Source: Hydrolagus colliei
Taxonomy: Eukaryota
NCBI GenBank assembly: GCA_035084275.1
Contig: CM068754.1
Coordinates: forward strand, 13,206,001 to 13,270,000
DNA length: 64,000 bases
Direction: 5' to 3'
The position numbers and the translations under genes are program-made. Below are positions 23,526 through 37,846 of the stretch, piece after piece (positions within the stretch are counted from its first letter, which is position 1; every line of letters starts with the position of its first letter). Below the pieces are notes generated by a model. That model did not search any database. It worked only from the letters and a program-made list of their open reading frames with translations, and was not told where the DNA came from.

Positions 23526-24514
23526 GAAACAGTCTGACATCTATTTGAATTATAAATCAATTACAGTATATTGATATTTTTAAGTTAATAAATAGTTACA
23601 AGCACAGAGACGCTATCAATTCTTGCAGATTTTTCTATGGATGTTGGATAATTTTGCTTAAACCAACTCATTTTAATTAATGGTTCATTGAATTGCACAT
23701 CAGTTCAGGGTCCATTAAAAGCCAACCCGAATGAATAAGAAGATTGCATCGTTGAGGGTGCATCATTGGTACTTCTTTCACTAATGTAAAAGGTCATAAT
23801 AACTCATTTATTATACCTTTGCAGGATCAGGCTCCATCTCTGGTGAAATAGGTGGTATTGATCACTTTGTAAAACAGTAACTTGTTTAATTTAGTAAAAT
23901 ATTTCAAAAGAATAAACACAGCAACACAGCCACCCCATTAGCTATTCTGCCCATTATTTGCGGAGCTGTCAAGAATGGTGTGTATTAATCAAATTCAGCC
24001 TGAGGGCAACTTTGCAGTAGGTCCTTCCGCATGACAGATAATTTGTCTAAAAATGCATGATCCAATTCTTTACTTTTTTTTTACAAAACTTTTTTTTCAC
24101 AAAACATTTAATGAAGCAATGTGGATTTGGGAAACTATTATAGGATGTTTTGTGTGCAGCTATTCTGTAAGAGATCTAATCAATGTCTGTTTGATAGCAT
24201 GCCAGATCATTAGTGTGTCAGGGTGTAAGTAATCATTCTATTTTCTTTGAAAGAAGAAGCAAAGAGTTCCAGACTCGCAGTTCAATCCCGGATGTAAAAT
24301 TCGCCGGTTTTATACAGTTGTATTTGAAAGCTTTCAATCTAACTATGTATTTTAAAAAGTTGATTTCAGTTGCTGCACCACTGAAGTGGAAAAAGAATTC
24401 CAAGCAAAATGTTACAGTTGTGATTGTGGTCCTTGTTTTTCTACCCGAGAACTTCATTCACTTAAACCAATACAGGAGTTTAACTCCAGGCAAAACATGT
24501 GGATTAGAAATAGA

Positions 24515-24585
24515 GGCACAGAAGATGATAAGATTGGTTTTGCTGAAGAAGGCCCTTCAGCTCATTAGATCTCATCCTTCAAAGA
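24515..24585 (-). mobile_element. CR1 3'UTR fragment
   Basis: GCTGAAGAAGGCCCTTCAGCTCATTAGATCTCATCC is homologous to 21628-21662. Confidence 0.55.
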
Positions 24586-27500
24586 AAAACCTATAGTCAA
24601 AATGCACCTGGTGTCTTGCCCTTGCACCTTTGTAATGTTAAAAATGCCACAGTTAACATTGCCACAAAAAACATATGAAGCCATTCTGCCTGTGCCCTTC
24701 CCCATTGCTTCAGACTTCAAAATTTATTTTCTGATCATTAGTACATTTACTGACCTTAGCCATGGGGATAAAGAATCATAAATACTTTGCTGTTCGAAAG
24801 AAGCAGAAACACAGAAGCATGAATGTTATTGTTTGATGACTCAGTCAAGGACGTAAAGAACTTATCTTTCTTTATCTACCAACAAAAACTGCTCACAAAT
24901 TCCCCCTGCCACAAAACACTGCATACCTAAAGGCTTCTACAATGTCCTATTGGTTCTCATCAAATAAGAATAGTTCATTTCACAAATTTTAATGGGATCT
25001 ACATCAATTAAGTATTTTCTGCATTTTAATGCAAGCTGCTGATGCACTTCAATTACCTTTCAGTTCTCTTTCTTGCCTTGTTATTGCCACTGACATTACA
25101 TGCACACCATCGGTGAGCTGACTGAAATCAAATCTTCTGAATAATAATGGTGTGTATTTCATGTTTACACTTGTCAAAATAATACCCGTTTGCGTACATA
25201 GAAAATAGTGGAAGAAAAATACAGACATTTTTAGTTACGATTCTAGCTGGATCAACTCATCCCTTCATGCTATAAAAGTTGTACAGAGTTTAGAAATTAA
25301 GATGTGAGGCCAATAAAAAAAATATCTTGAGGAAGGAGAAGCAGGATAAAGTTTCTATGGGGATTGAACAAATCATAAGGCAACATGCTTGTTGTCAACC
25401 AGGCTGGTCCACAGTTATCCACAACAATGCTTAAAGTTGCCTAATCTGTCTGGTGCATCAGGGAACATCAAGGTGCAGTGTGTGTCATCAACTCCACGAG
25501 CCGAAGCTTTATTTGGTTGGTCAAATCTCGCTTGATAGATACAAAGCTTAATTTTATCTCAGCTGTGCCATTAGCATTGCATGAGCAGTTTAGAATTTCA
25601 TTTGGCAGCTGAAATGAAGTTGTTATAAACATTTCTGTAAGCAGCTGATATGTCACCTTGTCTGCCAAGAAGACCCTATAGAACCTTTGAGAAATGTTGT
25701 GGTATTCCTATGGAGAATACAGCAGGTGATGGGAAACTCTTCTTTTCACTAATGGATTCTTTTGACCTCTGGTACCCCGCCATTTGCATCAGTGATGGTT
25801 GGAACACAGCTTGAAGATGACAACACAACTGTGCAGATAAAAGGAACAAAATGCAACCTTGCTTGCAAGCATCGCAGCGCAAGAACTTTTAATGACAGAC
25901 ATCATTGAGGCAGTGATATAGATGTAAAGGACAACTATCATATAAAAGGTCTTTGAACACGTCAAGTCTAGACATTAAGGAGTTTATTGACATGCTGCTT
26001 AAGTTGAAATTTCGACCCAGTGCTTAACCAACTTTTAATGTCTTGGTATGTTTCATGCAGGTTGAAAATATAATTGAAATTTACCAGATATCTGAGATTT
26101 GAAAGCTAGGATTTTGCCTCTGATATTAATTTTAAGTTTCTTGTGATTCTGTCCTCTTACGGAGACAGACCATTCATTGGTGGCAGAGTGCCTCACTGAT
26201 CTCCTTTCACACCTTTAGAGTTTAAAATCAATTGTTTTACTATTTCAAGGACAATTCATGAGATACCATCTTAACTTAGTTTTTACGTTAACTATATTCT
26301 GTGAACCAGTTCTAAAACATAGGCATCACAGGCTAGTCCAATGGCTGTCCTGAATGTCTTCCAGCTTAATTATGTTATGAGTGGGGGAGAAAATATTCAT
26401 TGTGGCCAATTATTGTCCACCCCCACTATCTTAGGGAAAGGCTCCCTTGTCCTACCTTTTTTGCTGTCAAGTTAATGATCCACTCTCTTCGTGCCAAGGT
26501 GACACCAGAGGTAATAAATAGCCCAGGCATGCGAAAATGGCCGCACATTAGTTGATAACTGAATTGCAGGAAAATATCATCTTAATAACTGTGACTTGAA
26601 GCATTTGATTATAAACATCTTCAGGATGAGCGAGTTTCAAATAGATGCTATCAACCATGCATAAGGGTCATGACAGCCACTTCTGTCATCCAAAAGGTAA
26701 CACTGAAGCTCATATATTTCTCAAACCTCTCAAAAGTGAAAGAGAATGAGGATTCCTGGTTCGAGCCTTGACAGTCTGAAAATACCCTGAGTGATCACTT
26801 GTATCCCCCCCATCACCACCCGTCATTCACAATCTCCTTATCAATATGTTAAATAATTAAGACCTTTCCATTTCTCCACATGTGTATAGTCAATAGCTCC
26901 ATGGATCTTTGAAAGTGTTTTTAAAATACTATTTAAAGAAAATAAATTCTGTTGCACTCTCTCTTGCTACTGCTCAGTTCTCAGCAAGCTTGTTGATGTG
27001 CCTTTTTCAACAATGCAATTGTGACATGCAGGCTGCATTCAGACACTGTGCATCGATTTATGCCACTGTAATTACTATGTGGATTCTTGAAAGAGTCTGC
27101 AGCACAAAAATTAAGAGCTACTGTAGAATTTAATGCCACAGACAAAGCTGTGCTCCAGGTTGGTTTGAGTAGAGATCAGTCCCAAATTCTTGAATGAATA
27201 GTGATCTTTGTTGCCAAAAGGTACTTGAGCATGGTGTTTTTCTAGTAGCCAGTGATCTCTGTGATTTCAGGTGAATTTTGTTTTAGGTACTAACTCTTCA
27301 ATCCTTCATTTTAATCTTCTTCTGCTGTTGCCCATTAGAATACTTAACTCCCAGTGCATTCGTTATTTGCACAATCTGATTCAGAATTTTGCTTCAGTTA
27401 CTTGTGTTGTTGCATTCCTGCTAAATGTTCAAGGCAGATTAAATTCAATCTAAATCAAGCTAGCAATCAAATTTGTAATTAGTCAAGGAAATAAGTTCAC

Positions 27501-28246
27501 GTGTGATTAATAAGGTCTGAAATTGACTACTTTATTTTTTTTTAACTGTTGATGTATAACTGGTCATTGGCTCCATAGACGTACTTATTTTTATTCATAA
27601 CATACTTTCCCTGTATGCTCTCTGTGGACTATTTCTCTTTTGATCATATTCGTACTGTAGACAATAGGTGGGAGTTAATAGGGACAGATAACAGGAAGTT
27701 ATTTACAGCTAACTATAACACATTTGATGAAGTACCTTTAACATCATGAGGGCATTCTCAAAAGGCTTCACAGGATATACTGCAGAGTGGAGTGATTGTG
27801 TATATCATCATGTACTGGTTTAGGATGCTACCCATCAGCACGTCACAAGGCTGCAATCAAACTCACATTTCATCTTCCAACCAATAGAATGAAGCTAACA
27901 GTAGATCAAGAGTGCCCTTTATTACCACTTTTGTATCCAATTCTCAGTTTGATTTAAATTCCACTCATTATCCTGCTGTTGTTTTCAATTTCATATCTCT
28001 TTGCCAACTGCATATCCCTTTTTAAATCTCTTCTCGGTGCTTGAATTAAACCAGTTGTTACCGACTAATCTTTTTACCACTGTGACTTTGGTTCAAGTTA
28101 AATGTTTCCTTTGGAGTCCCAAAATGGAGTAGCACAAACACAAACTAGATTGTGATGATTACAAGCCCAGAGCATGAAGCAACCAATAATTCAACACTAC
28201 TTGGAGTCAAATTGGCAATCTGATTCAGAGAAGCTATCATGATGTT

Positions 28247-28571
28247 ATAATAATAAATGTTTCTTGCATTTGGATATTGTGCTTTTCACGTCTTCTAGAT
28301 ATCTCAAAGCGCTTCACAGCATGCACTATAAAGTGAATTGTTGGTATATATGTGGGTGAAACACAACAGCCAATTACGCACAGTAATGTCCCACAAACAG
28401 TCGTGGATTGAAATGACCAATTTACAGTATTATAGTTTATTTTTGGACAGATTATTATTCGGTGTGTAGAATAAGGAAACTTGCCCAAGGTTTCACCTTG
28501 ACCTGCCTGGATTTGAGCTCAAGTCTTACGCTTGTAAGGCGAGTGCTCTAGCCACTGAGCCACAGGACTCC
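28247..28571 (-). mobile_element. SINE family A, full length
   Basis: Head GGAGTCCTGTGGCTCAGTGGCTAGAGCACTCGCC on the reverse strand, core and tail. Confidence 0.93.
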
Positions 28572-28994
28572 ACGACTCAATGTTGGCATGGAAGCTGCAA
28601 AATACACTTGGGTGCAATGAGATTTGAGCTAAGGTACATTGTTAGGGCAATGTAAATGGAGGACATATTGATTGACTGACTATGAGCTCAAAACTCAGGT
28701 CTGGACTAGGGTGACACTCAAATGCCGCATTTAGAAAATTCAGCAAGTGAAATGTTTGCAATGTGAGTTCTATTTTCACACAAGATTTTTTTAAAAATCC
28801 TAATGAACAGAAAGCGTAGTTTGTGCTTTCAAGTAGGAATTAAGATGGTGCGATGCTTGCCTGTGCATATACATCATGTGAATTATAGTTATTCTGTGAG
28901 AATTGACTAGGTCACAACACGATAGCCAATGCTGTCTATTGAGCAAGCAGCCTGAGTAATCACTGTCCCGTTGCATATTACAGTATTCTTGCAT

Positions 28995-29232
28995 TAGGCA
29001 AGTTTCCTCACTCACATGCCTTTGTTTACCAGGTGGTAAGGGTGAACTCGGCTGTAAATTGATTGGCAGATCACTTTTCTGGGGGTAATAAGGGTAATAA
29101 TTCCTTCCCAAATTTTTTTAATTTAGTCACTCAATCCAATACCGTTTGTGGGGCACTGGTGTGTACAATCTGTCGTTTCGCTGACAGAATATACATTCAA
29201 TTTGATAGTATATTCTGTGAAGTGTTTGAGCG
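28995..29232 (+). mobile_element. SINE family A, long variant, truncated and diverged
   Basis: TAGGCAAGTTTCCTCACTCACATGCCTTTGTTTACC..GATTGGCAGATCACTTTT..GTTTGTGGGGCACTG..TATTCTGTGAAGTG. Confidence 0.8.
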
Positions 29233-30072
29233 CTTTAACTGGGTCCAGTGTGCAGTGTTTCTTAATGATAAAATGTAATTATCTAATTTCTAATTTACTG
29301 TGCTGAGAAATGCATTAAATATGCCTGTTGATAACGACTGTAGCATTGCAGTTTGATATGGAATGCACGACCATTGAACCGAGAGAGAGATTTTTATGGC
29401 TCTCTCTGAAATGAAGTCAAGTAGAAATAAAGTTCCTCAACAATTTATCTTTTCACTTTTATAGGTAGTGACGACAGTTTCCTTCAGGAAATCGGAATGA
29501 ATAAACTTGAGTTTGTAGGCGGAAGAATTATATGCTATATATTTTCTGCATTTGAGCACAGTCTGGCAACCATGCAAGCGATAAACTGTCCATCACTAAA
29601 ATGCTTTTGGGCATGTTTTCCCAGCATGTTATGATTACCACTAATCTCACTAATCTTTTTGCTCTATTTTTATGGGATATGCAATGTATCTGTTCATTTT
29701 CTATTTTATTATTTATTACAAGATAACAGGCAGTGAATTACACCGTGATCTTGAGGCTCTGTGCTTGTGTTCAGTCAGTTGCAAGGTCCACTGTGGGAAT
29801 AGAGAGGCACCCCCCACACTCCAACTCCCAGTGCAAATCACATTGTTCACTTCATTTAATTTAGAGGAAAAGCTTTGTACATATAACATAATAGATAGCA
29901 GCCCTAGAGATGTGGAGCTGGCTTCCATGTCGTAGCTTCATTCCTGGGAAATTGTATCAGGAACCTACGAGGCCACATGCGGTATGCATAGATAGAGATT
30001 GTTTAAAGAGTATCATAAATTATTCCTGTAAATGTTTTACAATTTCTATCTAATCATAGGCAAAGATGTGTA

Positions 30073-30109
30073 GTATACAAATGTAATTTTATTGTAGTTG
30101 TTGTTGTTG
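30073..30109 (+). mobile_element. L2 tail remnant
   Basis: TATACAAATGTAATTTTATTGTA(GTT)n. Confidence 0.55.
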
Positions 30110-30185
30110 ATGTTGATTATGAATGCTAAACCTCGCAATGTAATGCATTGAACTTCCCCATTATATGTGCTTCTTATTTTAACAA

Positions 30186-30476
30186 AATAATAATAATCCT
30201 TGCATTTGATATAGCGCTTTTCATGTCCTCTAGACGTCTCAAAGCGCTTCACAGAATATACTGTAAAGTGAATTCAAATATATTTGGGTGAAACGCGGCA
30301 GCTAGTTGCGCACAACAGTTATGGGTTGAAATTACCAAGTTTTTAAAAAATGTTTGAGGGATTATTATCAGGCGTGAGGAGGAAGGAAACTTGACCAAGG
30401 TTTTGCCCTGCTTGGAATCGAATCCATGTCTCTCGCTTGTGAGGAGAATGCTCTAACCACTGAGCTACAGAACTCC
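30186..30476 (-). mobile_element. SINE family A, full length
   Basis: Head GGAGTTCTGTAGCTCAGTGGTTAGAGC..GATTCGATTCC on the reverse strand; intact tail. Confidence 0.93.
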
Positions 30477-31309
30477 GAAAGAAACATATTATGTAAAAAA
30501 AAAATGCAGCAATTAGTTGGAAGTCTGCAGGTTGCCTTTTTTTCTGATTCTGTAATTGTCATGTGATTGGAATTAAAATGCCATGCAGGAATTTTGAAGC
30601 CTAGTGTATGTACAGTTAAACATGTTTAAAAATCAATCTTTTTAAACCGATGTAGCATGACCCCCATTGGGGAATGGATTGAGAAATGTGACTTGAAAAA
30701 ATGAGTTTATGTGTAAGTGGATTCGGTGCAAGTCAGCAACACTTTATGACCAATAGATTATTAATGACTTAAAATGACTAACAAGAAAAAACTGCAGTGT
30801 GAGTGGGATGCACACAAGAGAGTACAGTTGTAAGGAATATCAAGAGGTTTGAATGGAACCAATAGAAATGCGTTCTAGCCATTGATCTAAAAAAAGATTT
30901 ATAGATGACTTTTAAAAAAAATTTAAGATCATTGATTGGGAAACGTGAAATCAATTTGGGACTCTTTAGGAATTAAACAGGACAACTGCCAAGGCTTACT
31001 CCTCCTAATTGTTTCACTACGAAGCAAGAACTAATTTCATAAACTTCTCCACAAAATAGACAAGTTAATTAACCACAAAGGCAATGCACAATTTACACTT
31101 ATACGAGCCACAACTTGGCTTGCTAATGGCATAATTCAGTACAAATTGATTGGATGAACGCATTTGTATATGTCACACGACTGAATGGTTTTCATTTTTT
31201 TCAAGCATGTTAAAGTACCAAGCACTGCATTTTGCTGAAAGATTGTTATTGGTAGTTATGATAAGAGCTGTTTAATAGGTTTATGAAACACATCAGAGTG
31301 TGACCAGGC

Positions 31310-31820
31310 GGTAAAATGGTTAAGTTACGAGGAAAGGCTGTGTAAACTTGGATTGTATTTTCTTGGGTTTAGAACGTTGAGGGGTGATTTGATTGAGGTA
31401 TTCAAGATGATAAACAGATTAAATAGGGTAGAAGCTATTTCCTTTGGTGGGGGAATCCAATGCAAGGGAGCATAGTCTTAAAATGGAAACCAGGCCATTC
31501 AAAAGTGAAATCAGGAAGCATTTTTCACTCAAAAGTTGGTAGAAATCTGTAATTCTCTCCCCCAATAGGCTGTGAATAATGGATCCATCCACACCTTCAA
31601 GAGCGACGGTGATAGATTTTTGGTGGGTCAGGGTATTAAGGCTTATGGGGAGAAAGCAGGAAATTGGAATTGAAAGGATTAGTTGAGGTACAATTCAGCA
31701 ATGATCTAATCAATGGTGGAACATGGTCGAAGGCTGAACAACAACAATAACAACAACTTCGATTTATATAGCAACCTCCATGCCAGACGGCATCTGAATG
31801 GCCTACTCATGTTCCTATGA
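31310..31820 (+). mobile_element. CR1 LINE 3' end (ORF2 C-terminus and 3'UTR)
   Basis: Translates (with frameshifts) LSYEERLCKLGLY...LRGDLIEVFKMI...LFPLVGES...HSLK...PFKSEIRKHF...NSLP...TFK...DRFL..QGIKAYG; 3'UTR GGCTGAATGGCCTACTCATGTTCCTATG. Confidence 0.93.
31739..31793 (-). mobile_element. Tail-only insertion of a second L2-like family, nested in the CR1 3'UTR
   Basis: 55 bp flanked by TSD CTGAA (31734-31738, 31794-31798); homologous to 49395-49449. Confidence 0.9.
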
Positions 31821-32629
31821 CTTCATGTTGATAGCTTCTGAAAGCTATACAGTTAAAAACTCTGGGAACTATGTCTTAATAAAAAGGAGTATTAAATTGT
31901 CCATGCTATGAAAATCCTCATAAGTTTTTTTTATTAGGCATTACCTATATGTTTATTTAAGATTGAATGCTGTTGTCGATTAGCACACAATCTGGAAGCT
32001 GATTTTGATTCCCAGACTGATGGAATAGATGTTTCTTCACTATGCTGACTGGTAAGATCTTGCGTGGAATCAATTAGAGCAGTCTCAATCCAATGCCTTG
32101 TTACCTTAGTTCTACTGCACACAAATCTCCACAATTTGGCACCAACAGTCATGTTCAAAGAGGGTAGGATGACTAATCTGAGGAATGGAAAATCCTTAAT
32201 CTGTGTTTGAAAATGGTAATTTGATAATTTGGTCACAAAGTAAACATGCGTGATTTGGCAACGATGAAAGAAGTGGTCATATTTAGTGCCACTCTCTGCA
32301 GCAGAGTTCAGATATTTTGTGAAAAGGGAAAGTTATGGCCTTATTAAAGGTTTGAAGGAGAATTTTGTGAACCATTTTCCTGCTGAAACTAAAGTGAATA
32401 TTTATCAGAGATGACATTTAGTGAATGTAATGCTGGATAAGATTTTGCATATCACTGCAGCAGTAAAACAGACAGGGGAATATTCCACCCGGGTGTACAG
32501 TTGAAGCAATCATAAGTAAATATGCCTAGATTGAGGAGAGAAGGCATGGTAACACAGTGGACACAGGACATGTACTCCTCTTTGCTCCTGTTCTGGCCTC
32601 CTCTTGCGATTTCATAAACAGTGGCTGCT

Positions 32630-32885
32630 GATCTTCTACACAAGTGGCCATTATTAATGTGTGAGCCTTTGGCAGTATGTATCAGCAGGCCACTCAAATA
32701 CTGAAGGTGTCACAGCTGAGCCTTTCTGCCCACCTGGCTACCACAAATGGTAGCAGATGCTGTAGAGGAACCACATGCAGGAAATCTGGCTGGATTCCCC
32801 CTCTCCAGCCTGTGCAGGCTAGGGCCAATTTAATTTTCCCATGCAACCCTGGCTGAGACTAGAAAACAGTCTGGGATTCGAATAT
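32630..32885 (-). mobile_element. AmnSINE2-like ancient SINE relic
   Basis: Reverse strand TCTCAGCCAGGG..AATTGGCC..GGAGAGGGGGAATCCAGCCAG..GGCTCAGCTGTGACACC..GGCTCACACATTAATAATGGCCACTTG resembles the recalled AmnSINE2 consensus. Family name needs a search to confirm. Confidence 0.65.
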
Positions 32886-33789
32886 CCACAATTAAAACTT
32901 GTTTTTTAGTTTAGTTCTTATCCCCTACATCTGAGCTGCCCCAGGTTTTCATTCCTCAAGTTTGGATTCCATATGATCAGCGCCAAACTGGTCACCAAGG
33001 TAATCAAATTGGACTTGCTCTCTCTCACCCTGATTGTCTCCTGTCGTGGATTTAATTGGATCTCAATTGACCTCATTACTTTCGCAATAGAAAAAACTAA
33101 CTTCTTTCTGCTTGCCTATGTCATTAACTTGTTTGTAGGGTTCAATTAGATTAACTTCATACGGTAATCTTTGGCGTGTACCAGTGCCAGGAATACCTCC
33201 ACTGTTCCTATTTCTTTTCTGATTGGTGTCATAAGTCGATTTCACACAGACTCTTACCCCACATGTAATATTTATATTCTATTTCTTCTGATTTAAGACC
33301 AGTGTGTTTTAAACAATAAAATGTACCTGTTCATGAATATATATATATATATAGATACACATAACCCCAACTTGGCACTTGCATTATCTCAACTGATGTG
33401 TTTTAAAATGTAAATGTGAAGAGCCGAGTGTTAAAACTGCATAAATGTGCAAGGGAATTATTTTTGAAACATGACTAATAACCCATTCTGGCAAAGAAGG
33501 CGAAATTAAGACATTCAGCCGAAAATGAGTGTCTTTCTGCTGCAGACTTTCTGGGTTATCTGATTAGTGGGGTTTTTTCAATGTTCTACTTTCGTTGCCA
33601 TTCAGTGCTTAAAATAAGATAAGAACTATATGGTTGTTGGAACATCATTTTTTGGTCAGTCATGTGTCTGACGTATAAGGAAACATATCACTTTACTTCA
33701 GACTATATTGATTTCTAGGTAAGGTTGGAAGTTTCTCTGTATCTGGAATGGAACACAATTCTCTCCCAGGAGAAACTCCTCCTCCTTAC

Positions 33790-33865
33790 CTGAATCTGGA
33801 GAGTATTAAATGCAAAATGGGGCGAGCCACAGTATGCATTGGGGATCCTGCTGGTATTCAACCAG
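33790..33865 (-). other. Candidate 76-bp spliced exon (unknown or non-coding transcript)
   Basis: Reverse strand acceptor CATTGTGTTTCAG and donor CAG/GTAAGG; one open frame (WLNTSRIPNAYCGSPHFAFNTLQIQ) that I do not recognise. Confidence 0.2.
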
Positions 33866-36800
33866 CTGAAACACAATGAATGCTAGAGAAGGCGACAAGT
33901 TGAAGTGTTACAAAGGGAAATAAGCACGAGTTTATGGATTACAACCTGCAAAAGAAATAATATCAAGGACAGGGATTGCTTCACGAGAAAGTGCAAAAGT
34001 CAATTCTGCAGCCTGTCTATAATAATCTGTTGCATTTCATTGGCACCTTATCACATCATCAAACTGTCGCAAAATACTTTTACTGTAAAGTGTTGTGACC
34101 GTTTTCGTAGACAAGTACTGTATTGTATCTCATTAGTATTATCAAAACTTAACTCAGAAATCAGGCAGAACATATTCAATAACAAGCAAAATAATAGTTT
34201 ATTTTGATTTTAAAAGGCTGTGTGTAAAAGCACTATGTGCTGACTTTGTATTTCTTGTACTAGAGTCCTGGACTCCCATTAAAATGGGCAAAATTGAATT
34301 CCCAGGCTGTGACAGTGACATTCAACATCCATGGCTATGGTGGAGTTGATACACAAGACGTTTTGTGAAACGTCCCCTGAAATTTGAAATCTTGATACAA
34401 AGATTTCCATCAAGTCACAGCAAACCAATCAGTCAAAACATGTTTGGGCACAATAAACTACTCCTTCAAAAGCTGCAGCCCAGAAAAGCTCTGTCAGTGT
34501 TTCCTTGTTTTATATACTTCAACTGACCCGGTTAACCTGAGTTGTCCCATCTGAGTGAAGAAAGTGCAAACATCATGCTCTATTCACGAGAAGGTGTCAA
34601 ATTCACAGCCTGATGCCTGCTAACCAATATGTACTAATATTATGTCAAAGCCCTTTGGAACAGATACAAACAAAAAACATCTCAGCCTCTCGGTTATATT
34701 TATCTCCAATTTGATTTTCTAATTGGCTTCAGAGCAAGTTAGTCAACATCACATTTTATCACCGTCTAATGTTGCGGAAATTATTTAACAGTATTTTCCT
34801 GATAAAGCTGCAATGTGTATCTCTGATTTCTGCAACCTTCAATAGAGTGTGTGATTTGGACCTCATATAATGTATAGCTAATGAGTTGTTGAATGGGATA
34901 CATAGCTTCCTCAAGGGTATGAAAATATCAATTCACAATAAGCGGGTATTGCAACTCCAATCCCAACACTGATTGATTCTAGTTTTCCTCAACTTCTTTG
35001 TTGACCTGATGAAAGCGGTTACAAGTTAAATTGATCTCTGTTGATGGCTTTACCCTTAGTTAACAAATTTGAACTACAAGTTGGCATAGAGATCATTCCA
35101 GATAGGCATACTGTACATAGAATTGGACAGTCTGTCAGAAGATCAAATCTATTCACTCCTGTTCTATAAAGGCAATTATTTCTTTTCAATTGCAACAATT
35201 TGAATAATCATATCTGGGCTACAATGAGGCAACCGTGTGACAGAAAACTGGCAGACAAGCAAGGATCTCAAAAAAAGCTCTGTACTATTTATTGCTACCG
35301 GCAAATTCAAAGTCGAAAGTAATGAACTAAAATGCAGATGACTTAAGAAAACAGAAAAAGGAGTGAGAATGTTTTTCATCTGTTACTGTAAGTAAAATAT
35401 TCATGAGCAAGTAATGATTTTCAGTTAGCAAAAAGCAAGATAGTGAAAGAGAACTGAATATATTTTTGGAAGAATTCCACTATGGAATGTTTTTTTTACA
35501 CAGAGGATTCTGGAAGGACCCTTAAAGCTTTGAAAGAAAAGATGCATGTGAGTTTAAATATATATTCATTACCAAATCTAGATTATATTCATAAAGATGT
35601 GAAGTGGTTACGTATTCACAAGGAAAGGGCACAGGATGCAGTCCATTCAAGAGTAAGGTTAGATGGTGATGTATCAGATTTTTCTTTGTAGCTCATTGAA
35701 TGTTGTTCATTTTCCTTCACACCCGGCTGAAGAAAACAAAAGCTCATTGAATAAAAATGATTGGAAGATGGCCAAATAAACAAAAAAAGGTTAGACTGTG
35801 ATCTTGGCAAATGTATTCATGTTAGTTTGGCATGTATGGCAGAAAAAACACTGGTGTATCTTTTAAAGGAACTAATTAGCACATTTATCTTGAGTGAAGG
35901 CAATAATTCCATGGTTATAAATCCTTCAATTTTTATTTGTTGGGAAGTTTTTTTTCAGTTGTGTATGAAGTTCAACACTTAAATTGTATATATATGAAAG
36001 TGAAGTCATATCTGTGCATTCATTTTCCTGACGTAGCTTCAAATACAGTAGAATTATTTATTAGGCAACTTACATAGATAGGGATGTAACTATAATGTAG
36101 CACTATTTTTCAACCTCACACTAAATTCTATCATATACACAATATTTATGAAAAGCATCAGTCAGTATTCTTATGTCTTCCAACGGAGTGACTGGAAAAA
36201 GGAATGAATTTCATAGTATCAAAATGTGATATCACATTGAATGCATTATGGAATGCCTTAAATTCCAGCCAGTTACTTACTCTGAGGAACGTATGATACA
36301 TTATTGATGTGAACATGCAATGGTAATGGATTCATCAGAAATATATAATGAAGAACAATGGAGGAGATGTGTAATCCTGCCATGCCATCATGGACAGCTT
36401 CTGCCACAAATTCTTCTCACTATTTAATCACAGTCAGAAGGGGTATTGCAGATAAATCCATTTCCACAATGAAGCTGGCAACTTTTATGGAGTGCAAAGT
36501 GGTCTAGAAAATTCCATTCAGCCCAAGGAATTCATGACAACATTGCTAGATTCCAGGGGTGTCTGAAAGGAGCCAATATCATTGCTAGCTTTGCATTATT
36601 TTCCAGATAATTTTATGTTCTGGTAACACCAAATGTCGCAAATAGTCAGCAGACTTTATATTCCTGGTTATTTCTTTACAAGTAAGAATTACAGGATGGC
36701 CACAGACCATAAAGTTTTAGCTCACCAAAATGTCAGCCGACTATGCAGAAAAGAGGGCAGATTGATTTAGGGGTGTTATTCTTTTTACCTAGTGGAGTTT

Positions 36801-37591
36801 TTTGGAATTAGAACTTCAGCCTTAAAATCCAGCTTTCATACTATAACTATCACTGTCTCTGAGGATGAAAGGCAGATAAATACAAACAGTTACATACTGA
36901 GCACAGTTTTTAAAAAGCAAATGATTTACCTGGCAAACAGCTACCTTTGGTACCACATTCAAATGTACCATCTGCAAATGATGAGAGTCATAGGGAAAAA
37001 GCAGGAAAATTGGCATAATTTATTTTATCTGATGATAATGTAGGTGTCATGTACTATTTTGACATTTATTGGCAGAAACAGTTTCCTGTTTCTTAATCCA
37101 ATTTCATTGATTGACCATGTTCGGGCAGACACACGAATGCACACATTTCCAGAGGTGCATAATGTGGAATTATTCTCCAGTGCATTCTGACAAGAAGTAA
37201 TAGTGGGAGAAATTTTCAGGACTGTAATTTAGCACACCACATCCACAATGTGCAATCAACACAATCCAACACTTAAATAGCGCCATCACCATTTCATACA
37301 AATGGATTTGGCTGAATTTAGAACTGTGGTAAGAGTTTCTATAATTACACCAAATATCAGAAAATTAACTCTGTCATTGGAAAGTAGAAAATGTTATAAT
37401 TGGGGAAATTATAAACAAAAAGGCCTATTGGAAATGATTGCTGTATCATTGAAGTTTTGATATGTATCTGTGGCATGTATTAAAATCTAAATAATAAACA
37501 GCCCATTGAAGATGTGCTTTATTTATAAAGCCAGATGTTGTTTTCTTAACTGTTTACAATATTACGTTCTTAAACCACTTAAAGCACTGCA

Positions 37592-37846
37592 GGACTCCTG
37601 TAGCTTTGTGGTTAGAGCACTTGCCTTACAAGCATGAGAACTGTGTTTGAATCCAGGCATGTCAGGGCAAAACCTTGGGCAAATTTCCATGACTGTTTGT
37701 GGGACACTGTTGTGTGCAATTGGCTGCCATGTTTCGCCCACAAATATACAGTCAATTCACTTTACAGTATATTCTGTGAAGCACTTTGAGACGTCTACAA
37801 GACATCACAAGCTCTGTATCAAATGCAAGGATTATTATTATTATTA
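37592..37846 (+). mobile_element. SINE family A with internal deletion
   Basis: GGACTCCTGTAGCTTTGTGGTTAGAGCAC head joined directly to CATGACTGTTTGTGGGACAC core; (ATT)n tail. Confidence 0.93.

Noticed and set aside
25676-25882. ORF with KQGCIL, resembling the RTE RT motif GVKQGC
   Set aside because: No other RT motif is recognisable nearby.
30368-30476. tRNA-like A/B boxes (also 4790-4853, 28500-28571, 44700-44768, 47435-47500)
   Set aside because: These are SINE heads continuing into SINE bodies, not tRNA genes.
33850-33870. miR-133-like TTCAACCAGCTG
   Set aside because: The seed TTGGTCCCC is absent and there is no precursor hairpin.
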